From Candidatus Multivoradales bacterium (GTDB taxonomy: Bacteria; Acidobacteriota; Thermoanaerobaculia; Multivoradales; J023): 64,000 bases of DNA. Every line of letters begins with the position of its first letter. Positions within the stretch are counted from its first letter, which is position 1. The notes under the pieces are model-generated. The model did no database searches. It was not told the origin of the DNA and saw only the letters and a list, made by a program, of their open reading frames with translations. The translations under genes and the position numbers were made by a program. Positions 55,874 to 64,000 of the stretch are shown in pieces. The stretch is taken from the NCBI GenBank assembly GCA_965248925.1, contig CBDFLE010000006.1, positions 1,984,001-2,048,000 on the forward strand, given 5' to 3'.

Positions 55874-57058
55874 CTAGTTCGCGGCCATCCGGGGCTCCGT
55901 ACTCCGATCGAGCCACTCGACGCGATACAGATGTTGCGATTCAATCTCGGCGAAGCTCTGTAGGCGCTGTAGCAACAAGTACTGGCGGCCGTCTGCGACG
56001 CGGAAAGATCGCAACACGGCGTTCTCTGCAATGGCACCTAAATTCAACGAAACGTCATTCGAAAGTTTGTGGCCCTCGCTGTCGAAGATGTCTGCCACGA
56101 AGGAAACCGAGCCCGCGAGCGAGCGACGGAAAATCACCCCTACCCCATCAGGCCCGTCAATCAAAGCACTAGGGAAATCAATGCCTTCGAGACTGTTGAG
56201 CACCGCTCGCCAATCTTGTCGAGCGCCGCCCATAGGCAGAACCGACTCCGGCGGGAGCCACTTCTCACCATCAATGAGGTAAGGCGTCTCGGCAATCCTC
56301 TTTCCCTGCCGATCGAATACCAACAGTGCAGGATGGCGATTGAGGACCGCGTAAACGCGGTCTTCGTTGAGACTCGCCATCAGCTGGCCACCGCCCCAGA
56401 ACGGTTCCATTGCTTGCCCCAGAGAAGAGGAGCAGAACAGAGGATCTACGGCAAGGTGGTCGCGGCCCAAGTCGGTCATGAACAGGCGGCAGTCCTGACG
56501 TTCGTGTTGCCTTCTCCAGTTGGGATCGCTCAGGTTCTGACCCGTGATAGGCGCCGCAGCTATTAATGGCACACCGACACCAAAGACCCGCTTGTCGGCC
56601 ACCGCCAGAGCGTGAATGGCAAAGAAAGCCCGACCCGAAAACTTGAAGCTTGAGCCCCCCTCCGAGTCCAGCACTTCGACCGACTTCAACAGATAGTCCA
56701 GCAGGACTACAGAACTCCGATCAGCAGCAAGCTGTAGAACGGACGGACTCAGTTGAGCTGCAAATGGCTCGGAAACCGAAGTCTTGCTCTCCACGTCTCG
56801 CAACCAGATGAGAGCCGCGCTGTCGCCAGACCCACCACTTGGGCTATTGATCAGTATCCCACCGGCGGGATGGCCCGCGACCAGAGCCACCGGCAAGAAT
56901 CCCTCGTGGGTCGAACTTAGTCGACTATCTAAGACCTGACTGACACGGATCTCCCAGCTCGCGGCAGCAGATGGAGGAAGCACCGAGAGCGATATGGTGA
57001 AAGCTAAAATAGAGATCGGAAAACGACGAGAAACCCTGCGTGGCACGGTCAGCCCCAA
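55874..57058 (-). CDS. Secreted hypothetical protein, probable beta-propeller
   Basis: Signal peptide ending PSAAA; blade-like motifs VFDRQGKRI and IFDSEGHKL. Start could be the GTG at 57046. Confidence 0.6.
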   Translation of the reverse strand: MGLTVPRRVSRRFPISILAFTISLSVLPPSAAASWEIRVSQVLDSRLSSTHEGFLPVALVAGHPAGGILINSPSGGSGDSAALIWLRDVESKTSVSEPFAAQLSPSVLQLAADRSSVVLLDYLLKSVEVLDSEGGSSFKFSGRAFFAIHALAVADKRVFGVGVPLIAAAPITGQNLSDPNWRRQHERQDCRLFMTDLGRDHLAVDPLFCSSSLGQAMEPFWGGGQLMASLNEDRVYAVLNRHPALLVFDRQGKRIAETPYLIDGEKWLPPESVLPMGGARQDWRAVLNSLEGIDFPSALIDGPDGVGVIFRRSLAGSVSFVADIFDSEGHKLSNDVSLNLGAIAENAVLRSFRVADGRQYLLLQRLQSFAEIESQHLYRVEWLDRSTEPRMAAN

Positions 57059-57240
57059 ACAATAATCTCAGCAGAGCATCTAAGGCAACGAATAGTATGG
57101 GCAAGATCTGTCGCGATGCAGACCCCGCCAATAAAGGGCACCCAGTAAATCCAACCAGGCTCGCAGATCGTGGCGGCCGGAACTACTGCTGGGATGCAGA
57201 ACACAGCAACAAGAAAAAGAACGATGAGTTTCTTCTTCAA
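57049..57240 (-). CDS. Small secreted Cys-rich peptide (63 aa; about 41 aa mature)
   Basis: RBS GGAG 5 nt before TTG 57240; signal MKKKLIVLFLVAVFCIPAVVPA; predicted mature part has 4 Cys and 3 Trp. Confidence 0.7.
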   Translation of the reverse strand: MKKKLIVLFLVAVFCIPAVVPAATICEPGWIYWVPFIGGVCIATDLAHTIRCLRCSAEIIVWG

Positions 57241-57279
57241 ACGAACTCCAAAAAGATGAGAATATACCAACTTCGAAGT

Positions 57280-57309
57280 ATGTTATCGCCTGACATGTTC
57301 CCTTGTCAA
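57280..57309 (-). promoter_or_regulatory. Sigma70-type promoter overlapped by an inverted repeat
   Basis: TTGACA-N18-TAACAT; TGACA-N8-TGTCA at 57291-57308. Confidence 0.6.
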
Positions 57310-57422
57310 GATCCCTGCTGCGGTCGGTCCTTTCCACGGCAAGGCTGCCAACGAGCGAAACCCCAGGCCTCTAGCTGTTTGACAGTAGCCACCGGGTCAT
57401 GGACGATTGGCAGCACCTAGCG

Positions 57423-58583
57423 ATGAGCGACCCAAACCACCCGACTGACACCCTGCGGCGGGCCTGGCTGGATTTTCAACCAGCACTGGGCGAGAGTGCC
57501 GCGCGGCTGGTGGCGAGGGGTTCCTGGGTCATTGCCCAAGCCGCCGAGCTGGACGCTGAACTGATCGAGTTGCCGCAGCCCAGCGGCCCCCTGACCGCCG
57601 ACCTCGGCCAGCTGACTCGCCTCGACACCGCCGGCGCCTGGCTGCTGCACCGCACCCTGCTGCACTGGCGCGAGCGCGCGCTGAAGGTGGAACTCGAGGG
57701 ACTGCGTCCTGAATTCGGCTTGCTCCTCGACGAAGTGGAGCGTAGCTACCGGCTTTGCGCGGTGAAGCCACCTCAGCGCAATTCGCTGCTCGGAGCTATC
57801 GAACGGTTGGGCCGAGGGACCCTCGATACACTGGCCACCAGCCGCGATTTCATCGCTTTCTTCGGCGCCGCCCTGGTTTCCTTCGCCCGCACCTTGCCGC
57901 GCCCGCGCCGTTGGCGGGTGACCTCGACCGTGCACCACATGGAAGAAGCGGGTTTCGATGCCTTGCCCATCGTCGGTCTGATCTCGTTCCTGATCGGCAT
58001 TGTGCTGGCCTACCAAGGAGCCGCCCAGCTGCGCCAGTTCGGCGCCCAAATTTTCGTCGCCGACCTGGTATCGATCGCCGTGCTGCGGGAGTTCGGCATC
58101 GTGCTGACCGCGATCATCGTCGCCGGTCGCTCGGGCAGCGCTTTCACCGCCCAGTTGGGCTCGATGAAGGTTCGCGAGGAGATCGACGCCCTGCAGACCC
58201 TGGGGCTCGACCCGATGGAGGTGTTGGTACTGCCACGGATGCTGGCATTGATCCTCACCTTGCCCTTGCTGACTGTCTTCGCCGACCTCGCCGGCCTGTT
58301 CGGAGGCGGGCTGATGAGCTGGGTGGCACTTGACGTGCCACCGGTACAATTTCTCGATCGCATGCGGGCAGCGGTGGGGGTGGGGAGTTTCTGGGTCGGG
58401 ATCGGCAAGGCACCTGTCTTTGCCATGTTGATTGCGCTGGTGGGCTGCTTCGAGGGCTTCGCGGTGGGTGGCTCGGCGGAATCGGTGGGCCGCCACACTA
58501 CCCGCTCAGTGGTCGAATCGATCTTCTTGGTGATCGTTGCCGATGCGCTGTTTTCGATCTTCTTCGACTTGGTGGGGGTGTGA
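57423..58583 (+). CDS. mlaE: MlaE-family ABC permease with N-terminal STAS-like domain
   Basis: LDTAGAWLL, LREFGIVLTAIIVAGRSGSAFTAQLGSMK, EEIDAL. Confidence 0.9.
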   Translation: MSDPNHPTDTLRRAWLDFQPALGESAARLVARGSWVIAQAAELDAELIELPQPSGPLTADLGQLTRLDTAGAWLLHRTLLHWRERALKVELEGLRPEFGLLLDEVERSYRLCAVKPPQRNSLLGAIERLGRGTLDTLATSRDFIAFFGAALVSFARTLPRPRRWRVTSTVHHMEEAGFDALPIVGLISFLIGIVLAYQGAAQLRQFGAQIFVADLVSIAVLREFGIVLTAIIVAGRSGSAFTAQLGSMKVREEIDALQTLGLDPMEVLVLPRMLALILTLPLLTVFADLAGLFGGGLMSWVALDVPPVQFLDRMRAAVGVGSFWVGIGKAPVFAMLIALVGCFEGFAVGGSAESVGRHTTRSVVESIFLVIVADALFSIFFDLVGV

Positions 58584-59401
58584 TGGTAAGCCGTGCTGCA
58601 TTTGATTCGCCGATCATCCGGGTGCGTGGGCTGCGCAGCCAATTCGGCCGCCACGTCGTCCACGACGACCTGAATCTCGAGGTCCGACGGGGCGAGGTCT
58701 TGGGGCTGGTCGGTGGCTCGGGAACCGGCAAGTCGGTCTTGCTGCGCACTATCGTCGGCCTCAATCGGCCGGCGGCCGGCACGGTCGAAGTCTTTGGCAC
58801 CGACCTGAGCTCCCTACCCACTACCGAACGCCGCACTTACGAGCGCCGCTGGGGAGTGCTCTTCCAAGACGGCGCGCTGTTCAGCTCGCTGACCGTGGCC
58901 GAGAACATCCAGGTGCCGCTGGCCGAGCATCTGCGCCTGCCACGGCGATTGATGGACGAGATCTCGAGCTTAAAGATCTCGATGGTCGGCCTGGCACCGC
59001 AAGCCGGCGCCAAATTTCCGGCCCAGCTTTCGGGCGGCATGCGCAAACGGGCCGGCTTGGCGCGGGCTCTCGCCCTCGACCCGGAGATCGTCTTCCTCGA
59101 CGAGCCGACCTCCGGCCTCGACCCCATCGGCGCCTCCGCCTTCGACCAACTGATCCGGCGCTTACAGCAGGCCCTCGGCTTGACCGTCTTCATGGTCACC
59201 CACGATCTCGACAGCTTGAACGCGATCTGCGACCGTATCGCCGTGTTGGCGGAAAAGAAAGTACTGCTGGTCGGCACCATAGAAGAGATGCGCCGCAGTG
59301 ATCATCCCTGGGTGCGCGACTACTTCCACGGCCCTCGCGGCCGCGCTGCCCTCGCAGCCCCCAGCCAGCCAAACCCACCCTCAGCGCCGCTGGACAGCTA
59401 A
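58580..59401 (+). CDS. mlaF: MlaF-family ABC ATP-binding protein
   Basis: GGSGTGKS, LFQDGALFSSL, LSGGMRKRAGLARA, DEPTSGLDP. Confidence 0.92.
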   Translation: MMVSRAAFDSPIIRVRGLRSQFGRHVVHDDLNLEVRRGEVLGLVGGSGTGKSVLLRTIVGLNRPAAGTVEVFGTDLSSLPTTERRTYERRWGVLFQDGALFSSLTVAENIQVPLAEHLRLPRRLMDEISSLKISMVGLAPQAGAKFPAQLSGGMRKRAGLARALALDPEIVFLDEPTSGLDPIGASAFDQLIRRLQQALGLTVFMVTHDLDSLNAICDRIAVLAEKKVLLVGTIEEMRRSDHPWVRDYFHGPRGRAALAAPSQPNPPSAPLDS

Positions 59402-59469
59402 CATGGCATCTGCGATGGTTAACCCTGACAATGTGCTGAAGACAGCGACAATGATGGCCTGAATCAAGC

Positions 59470-60480
59470 ATGGAAACTCGCGCCAGCCACCTCTATGTCG
59501 GCACCCTGGTTTTGCTCCTGGTGTTCGCTAGCCTGTGCTTTGTGCTGTGGTTGGTGCGCGCCGAGATCCACCGCGAGCGGGCCTACTACGACATCTATTT
59601 CGAAGGCTCGGTCGCCGGCTTGGGGCTCGGTGGTGATGTGCGCTACCGCGGTATTCGAATCGGCGAGGTAGACAACATCGCGGTACCGCCGGACAATCCC
59701 ACCTCGGTGCGGGTGACGGTGGAACTCGACGCCGACTTTCCGATTCGCCAAGGCGATGAGGCGTCGCTCGAACTTCAACTGATCACCGGCCTAGCCTACA
59801 TCGACATCGACGGCGCCGGCCCCGATAGCCCCATGCTGAACACCCAAGGTGACCAGCGACTACCGATTATCCCCTCCAAGCCCTCGGCGGTGGCGCTGCT
59901 GTTCAAGGGCGCCCCGGCGTTGATCAGTCAAGGCATTTTGCTGACCGAACGGCTAGAGAGCTTCCTCTCTGAGGAGAACGCCGTCGCGTTCTCCAGCATG
60001 CTCGCCGACATCAACGTGCTGACCGGCGAGCTGGCCGGCCGCCAGGCGCAAATCGGTCGCATTCTCGACGGCTTCGAAGAGGGCAGCCAGGAACTCTCGG
60101 AACTCTCCGCCGTGGTGCGGCGAACGATGAGCGGCATCGAGTCTTGGATGGTGCAAGCTAACGACACCCTGGCGGTGGTCCACCACGCGATGGTCGCCGC
60201 CGATCAGCTGATCACCGACGACGCCCAGGCGATGATCAGCGAGTTCCGGCAAACCGCCGGCGACCTATCACGCGCCGCGGGCGAGATGGAGGGTCTGCTG
60301 GTGGAGAACCGCGAGCCCATCGCCGCTTTCACCCAACAAGGCTTGCCCGAGGTGGTGCGTCTGACCGGTGAGGCCCGTTTCTTGATCGCTCGTCTGGCCC
60401 GCCTGCTCGAGCGGCTTGACAGTGAAGGCGCCGGTTTCCTCCTCGGCACCAAAGACCAGGAGTTCGAAGCCGAGCGATGA
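59470..60480 (+). CDS. mlaD: MlaD/MCE-domain protein
   Basis: TM helix, SVAGLGLGGDVRYRGIRIGEV, ITGLAYI, helical tail. Confidence 0.9.
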   Translation: METRASHLYVGTLVLLLVFASLCFVLWLVRAEIHRERAYYDIYFEGSVAGLGLGGDVRYRGIRIGEVDNIAVPPDNPTSVRVTVELDADFPIRQGDEASLELQLITGLAYIDIDGAGPDSPMLNTQGDQRLPIIPSKPSAVALLFKGAPALISQGILLTERLESFLSEENAVAFSSMLADINVLTGELAGRQAQIGRILDGFEEGSQELSELSAVVRRTMSGIESWMVQANDTLAVVHHAMVAADQLITDDAQAMISEFRQTAGDLSRAAGEMEGLLVENREPIAAFTQQGLPEVVRLTGEARFLIARLARLLERLDSEGAGFLLGTKDQEFEAER

Positions 60481-61136
60481 GAAAACCGGTCACAGCCACC
60501 TCCATCTTGCCCTGGCTCGCCCTCGGCTGCTTGCTCAGCGGATGTGGCTCATTGCTACCGCTATCGGCCCCCGAAGCGACCCTCTACAACCTCACCCCAC
60601 AAGCCCGGTTTGGCGAGCAGCTGCCTAAGGTCGATTGGCAGTTGGTGGTGGAAGAGCCGCTGACCCACGGTGGCCTCGACAGCAACCGCATCGCGGTACG
60701 TCCATCGCCACGGCAGCTACAGTACTTCGCTGGCGCCCGCTGGACCGAGCGCAGTCCGCGCATGGTCCAGAGCCTGTTGCTAGAAACTTTCGAAGATACC
60801 GGCAAGATTGTTGCCGTTGGCCGACAGACCATCGGCTTGCGCTCTGACTACAACCTGAAGAGTGAGCTGCGGGCATTTCAGGCCGAGTATTTCGAAGATG
60901 GCAAGCCAATCAAGGTGAGGATTCGCTTGCACGTCAAGCTGGTCCGACAGCCGCGCCAGGAGATCGTCGCCGCCCGCACTTTTCACTATGTCCAGGTGGC
61001 GACGGGACGCAAGATGCCAGAGGTGGTAGCTGCTTTCGACAGAGCTCTTGGTGAGGTGCTGCGCGAGGTGGTCAGTTGGGTGCTCAGTACGCCGCCAAAG
61101 AACATTGATGCCGAAAAAGAGCTAGCCGACGGCTAG
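60477..61136 (+). CDS. ABC-type transport auxiliary lipoprotein (PqiC-like)
   Basis: Lipobox LSGC, LDSNRIAV, YFAGARW; last gene of the Mla operon. Confidence 0.85.
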   Translation: MRKPVTATSILPWLALGCLLSGCGSLLPLSAPEATLYNLTPQARFGEQLPKVDWQLVVEEPLTHGGLDSNRIAVRPSPRQLQYFAGARWTERSPRMVQSLLLETFEDTGKIVAVGRQTIGLRSDYNLKSELRAFQAEYFEDGKPIKVRIRLHVKLVRQPRQEIVAARTFHYVQVATGRKMPEVVAAFDRALGEVLREVVSWVLSTPPKNIDAEKELADG

Positions 61137-61166
61137 CCCTAATGAAACCTGTTAGCTGGCAACAAC

Positions 61167-61631
61167 TTAGCCGAACAGCTCAAGAGTGCGCTGCAACAGG
61201 CGGGCCGGCAGCCGCACTCGGACCCGAGTATCGGGGCTATCTATCCGCACTTCGTAGGTGCGCCAATGCTTGAGCACCTGGACGTGCTCCGAGCCTGATT
61301 TGACATCGACCAGCACTCCCTTCGGACAGGACGCCAGGCCTTGGGCCACCTCTTCGAGAGCCGGCCGCCAGGGCTCGATTTGCTCTCCGATGCGGGCCAA
61401 CTCGGCGGGCTCGAGAAGGCGCGGCAGAACCCACAATCCAACATCGAAGAGTAGCGCCGGCACCGGAATGTAGAGGTCAGTGCCATCGGCCGCTTCGACT
61501 GCGACACTGACCGTGCCAGTGGCCGCCACGGTCGCCGCCAGGACGAAAATCGGTGAGATCAAGAGCACCAGAAGTATGGCGGTCCAGCGAAAAATCCGGC
61601 GACGACGGGGGACTGTTGGGTTCTGGCTCAT
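61167..61631 (-). CDS. Membrane-anchored hypothetical protein
   Basis: N-terminal TM; LYIPVP and VRVRLP motifs resemble the neighbouring gene product. Confidence 0.7.
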   Translation of the reverse strand: MSQNPTVPRRRRIFRWTAILLVLLISPIFVLAATVAATGTVSVAVEAADGTDLYIPVPALLFDVGLWVLPRLLEPAELARIGEQIEPWRPALEEVAQGLASCPKGVLVDVKSGSEHVQVLKHWRTYEVRIDSPDTRVRVRLPARLLQRTLELFG

Positions 61632-61706
61632 AACTTCACCTACGCGGGGCCTTGCGATTTTGTTCCATGCTGGGCAGATCTAAGTTTAGGCACGGCCAGT
61701 TGGGAA

Positions 61707-61790
61707 CAGCGGACTCGCTACAGCAGATTCGGTGCAGCGGATTTACTACAGCGGATTTACTACAGCGGCTTTCAGTCAGTGGCGTTCCTA
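61707..61790. repeat. Degenerate 14-bp tandem array (6 units)
   Basis: CAGCGGACTCGCTA / CAGCAGATTCGGTG / CAGCGGATTTACTA x2 / CAGCGGCTTTCAGT / CAGTGGCGTTCCTA. Confidence 0.7.
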
Positions 61791-62320
61791 TTGTCGATCC
61801 ACACCCGTACGGTGGTATCTCCATCCCGCACCGACACCAGGTTGCCAGGGCCAAAATCAGCCAGCGCCTGCAGGGCGGCTTCGAAGTTGAGCTGGTCGCC
61901 AGGACCGGAGAGCAAGGCATCTATTACCGCCAGCGGGAACTTGACATCGACCTGGGTGCCGTCGTGGGACTCATCGCTGGTGACCAACACGAACTGTCCC
62001 TGCTTCTTGACATCGATACGGTCATCGCCACTCTTGATGCTGACGAAGGTGGCTTCAGGAGCGTCTTTGACTTCTTCCCAGAACAGCCGAAAATCATCCC
62101 AGCCCATGTTGAGGTCGTCGAGGGCGATCTCGGCTTCGGCGCTGACATCGTCGGGAATCATACGCACGGCAGCGGACAGCAGGGACATCGGTAGGTTGAC
62201 GGAAACCTCGTCCGAGCCGCCATCATTGATCTTGACGTGAATCCACTGATCGGCAACCGCCGCACTGGCACCGAGGGCTGAGCACAGCAGAAGAATGCTG
62301 AGAATTATCTTGATCTTCAT
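61772..62320 (-). CDS. Secreted acidic hypothetical protein
   Basis: RBS AGGAGG, signal peptide, internal duplication (VSVNLPMSLL / VDVKFPLAVI). Confidence 0.8.
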   Translation of the reverse strand: MKIKIILSILLLCSALGASAAVADQWIHVKINDGGSDEVSVNLPMSLLSAAVRMIPDDVSAEAEIALDDLNMGWDDFRLFWEEVKDAPEATFVSIKSGDDRIDVKKQGQFVLVTSDESHDGTQVDVKFPLAVIDALLSGPGDQLNFEAALQALADFGPGNLVSVRDGDTTVRVWIDNRNATD

Positions 62321-62377
62321 GGTTTGGGCCTCCTTTAGCGTCGTCTTCTATGTGAAGCATCTCTCTACACTAGAAAC

Positions 62378-62404
62378 AACGCCACCGAACGGCGGATGGT
62401 TACA
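62378..62404 (-). promoter_or_regulatory. Candidate ECF sigma promoter
   Basis: TGTAAC-N17-CGTT upstream of the 62320 gene. Confidence 0.45.
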
Positions 62405-62486
62405 GCGACCGACGAAAAGAATTTGCGGTCGCGCAACGACCGGGGGAAGGAAAGGGGTCTCACGGCGACAGGCCGGGCCGTCAAAC

Positions 62487-63644
62487 TCAGACAGCAACCG
62501 GCTGGCGCAAGGCTTTGACCTCAGCGGCTAGCACGGGTAGAAAGGCCTCGACCTCGGCCAACCTGTTGGTAATACCAAAGCTGATCCGCAGCGACGACAA
62601 GGCTTGCTCAGCACTGAAGCCCATTTGCAGCAACACCCGACTCGGCTGGGCTTCCCCTTTGTGGCAGGCGGCGCCGGTGGACACCGCGTAGCCGACTGCG
62701 TCGAGCCGCTCGGCCAGGCGCTGTCCCACGACCCCCTCGAAGCCAACATGGGACGTGTGCGGCAGCCTTGGCGAGCGAGCGCAATGCACCGTCACGCCAT
62801 CGATCTCGGCCAGCCCATCTTCCAGCCGATCGCGCAGTCCACCGAGTAGCAGGCGCCGATCATCAAGTTCCAGGCGAGCCAACTCGGCGGCCCGCCCCAG
62901 GCCAACGATCCCCGGCACATTCTCAGTGCTGGCCCGGCGCTTGCGCTCCTGACCGCCACCGAGCAGCAAAGGACGAAAATCGGCGCCAGCGCGGATTCTC
63001 AGTACCGCTACTCCTGGCGGACCGTGGAATTTGTGACCGCCAAAGATCAAGTAGTCGACATCCAAGGTAGCGCAGCTCACCGGCACTTTACCCACTGCCT
63101 GCGAAACATCGCACATCAGGGGCACGCCGCGCCGCCGGCACGCCTCGGCGACCTCGACCACTGGTTGCAGAGTACCGAGTTCGTTGTGGGCCATCATCAA
63201 GCACACCAGGCGAGTATCGGGACGCAGGGCCGCCGCCATACGCTCGGGGGAGACCCGGCCGTCGAGTTCGGGAGGCACCTCGCTGATCGCCATCCCCAAG
63301 CGCCGCGCTTCCTGCGCCATAGCATGCACCGAGGGGTGCTCCAGGGATGAATGAACAATGTGGCCAACAAAGCCGGAACGCTGGGCAACACCGCGGATGA
63401 CCGAGTTGTTGGCCTCGGTGCCTGAGGCCAGGAACAACACCTCATCCGCCGGCACCGAGATCAGCTCAGCTACTTGCTGCCGCGCGAGGTCGACGGCCTG
63501 CCGCGCCCGGCGGCCGAAACCATGGGTTGATGAAGGGTTGCCGTGCTCACTTCCCAACCAGGGCAGCATGGCCTCACCAACCCGCGAATCAACCGGGGTG
63601 GTGGCATTGTGGTCGAAGTAGATGGGATCAAAATGTGCCGTCAT
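62487..63644 (-). CDS. Cysteine desulfurase (IscS/NifS family)
   Basis: IYFDHNATTP, GNPSS, SGTEANN, GHKFHGPPG, STGAAC, SLRISFG. Confidence 0.93.
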   Translation of the reverse strand: MTAHFDPIYFDHNATTPVDSRVGEAMLPWLGSEHGNPSSTHGFGRRARQAVDLARQQVAELISVPADEVLFLASGTEANNSVIRGVAQRSGFVGHIVHSSLEHPSVHAMAQEARRLGMAISEVPPELDGRVSPERMAAALRPDTRLVCLMMAHNELGTLQPVVEVAEACRRRGVPLMCDVSQAVGKVPVSCATLDVDYLIFGGHKFHGPPGVAVLRIRAGADFRPLLLGGGQERKRRASTENVPGIVGLGRAAELARLELDDRRLLLGGLRDRLEDGLAEIDGVTVHCARSPRLPHTSHVGFEGVVGQRLAERLDAVGYAVSTGAACHKGEAQPSRVLLQMGFSAEQALSSLRISFGITNRLAEVEAFLPVLAAEVKALRQPVAV

Positions 63645-63823
63645 GAGCCTGAGTGTGCCAGATCCGGGCTTATAACGCATCTTTAGCCCCCATCCATCCG
63701 CCCGCGAGGCACGAAATTAACTAAAGAAACCCCTGCTGACACCCGATCGTCACCGTCAGACGGTCATTCGTCACCACGAAGCTGGCGCACCGTCCAGCAG
63801 CACACTAGGATGGTTGGCAGACT

Positions 63824-64000
63824 ATGATCGCTCTACCTCACAACGCCCTTCCCCGCCTCTCTCGACACCTGCTCGCTGCCCTTCTGATGGCCCTGCCCAC
63901 CCTGCTGCTGATCACCCCGGACAGCACCTTCGCCGAGGGCCGACGGGCCCAACGCAAAGCCACGAAAGAAGCCATCGCCGCCCTGCCGCAGCAGTATCGC
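63824..64000 (+). CDS. 5' part of a secreted protein, possibly GWxTD-domain; truncated by the window edge
   Basis: Signal peptide followed by KEAIAALPQQYR, resembling the start of GWxTD proteins; the motif itself is not visible. Confidence 0.4.
   Translation, partial: MIALPHNALPRLSRHLLAALLMALPTLLLITPDSTFAEGRRAQRKATKEAIAALPQQYR

Noticed and set aside
61707-61790. CRISPR array
   Set aside because: Units are 14 bp and contiguous with no spacers, and there are no cas genes in the window.

Overview
High-GC bacterial chromosomal segment. IPTL-CTERM proteins, C-terminal IFxDGFE-type tails, a PDZ-sensor kinase and a probable GWxTD gene suggest Acidobacteriota (Thermoanaerobaculia-like); this assignment is inference. 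From left to right: (1) an accessory block downstream of tRNA-Ala(GGC) holding a nonsense-disrupted metalloprotease/FG-GAP gene and a coupled pair of P-loop NTPases (one interrupted by an in-frame TAG, one NTPase-wHTH-TPR); (2) TlpA, an OM beta-barrel, ComF, a large OM protein, and a sigma54 two-component pair; (3) a MacAB-type ABC exporter, an orphan membrane-anchored GspE/PilB ATPase with a PEGA protein, a PLP dehydratase, and a decaying porin-DUF4331-DUF4198 block; (4) CYTH and RtcB, then a 3.1 kb islet (Rrf2 regulator and di-heme cytochrome c) lying between two group II intron remnants; (5) two paralogous IPTL-CTERM serine proteases; (6) a purine catabolism cluster (xdh subunits, CitE/HpcH-like lyase, alc, allB, uraD, uraH, no uricase) interleaved with secreted proteins; (7) a three-gene islet encoding a small Cys-rich secreted peptide, a beta-propeller-like protein and a long carboxypeptidase-regulatory-like repeat protein; (8) an Mla/Mce ABC operon, two hypothetical genes and a cysteine desulfurase. 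All product calls come from motif recognition by eye; no database searches were run.
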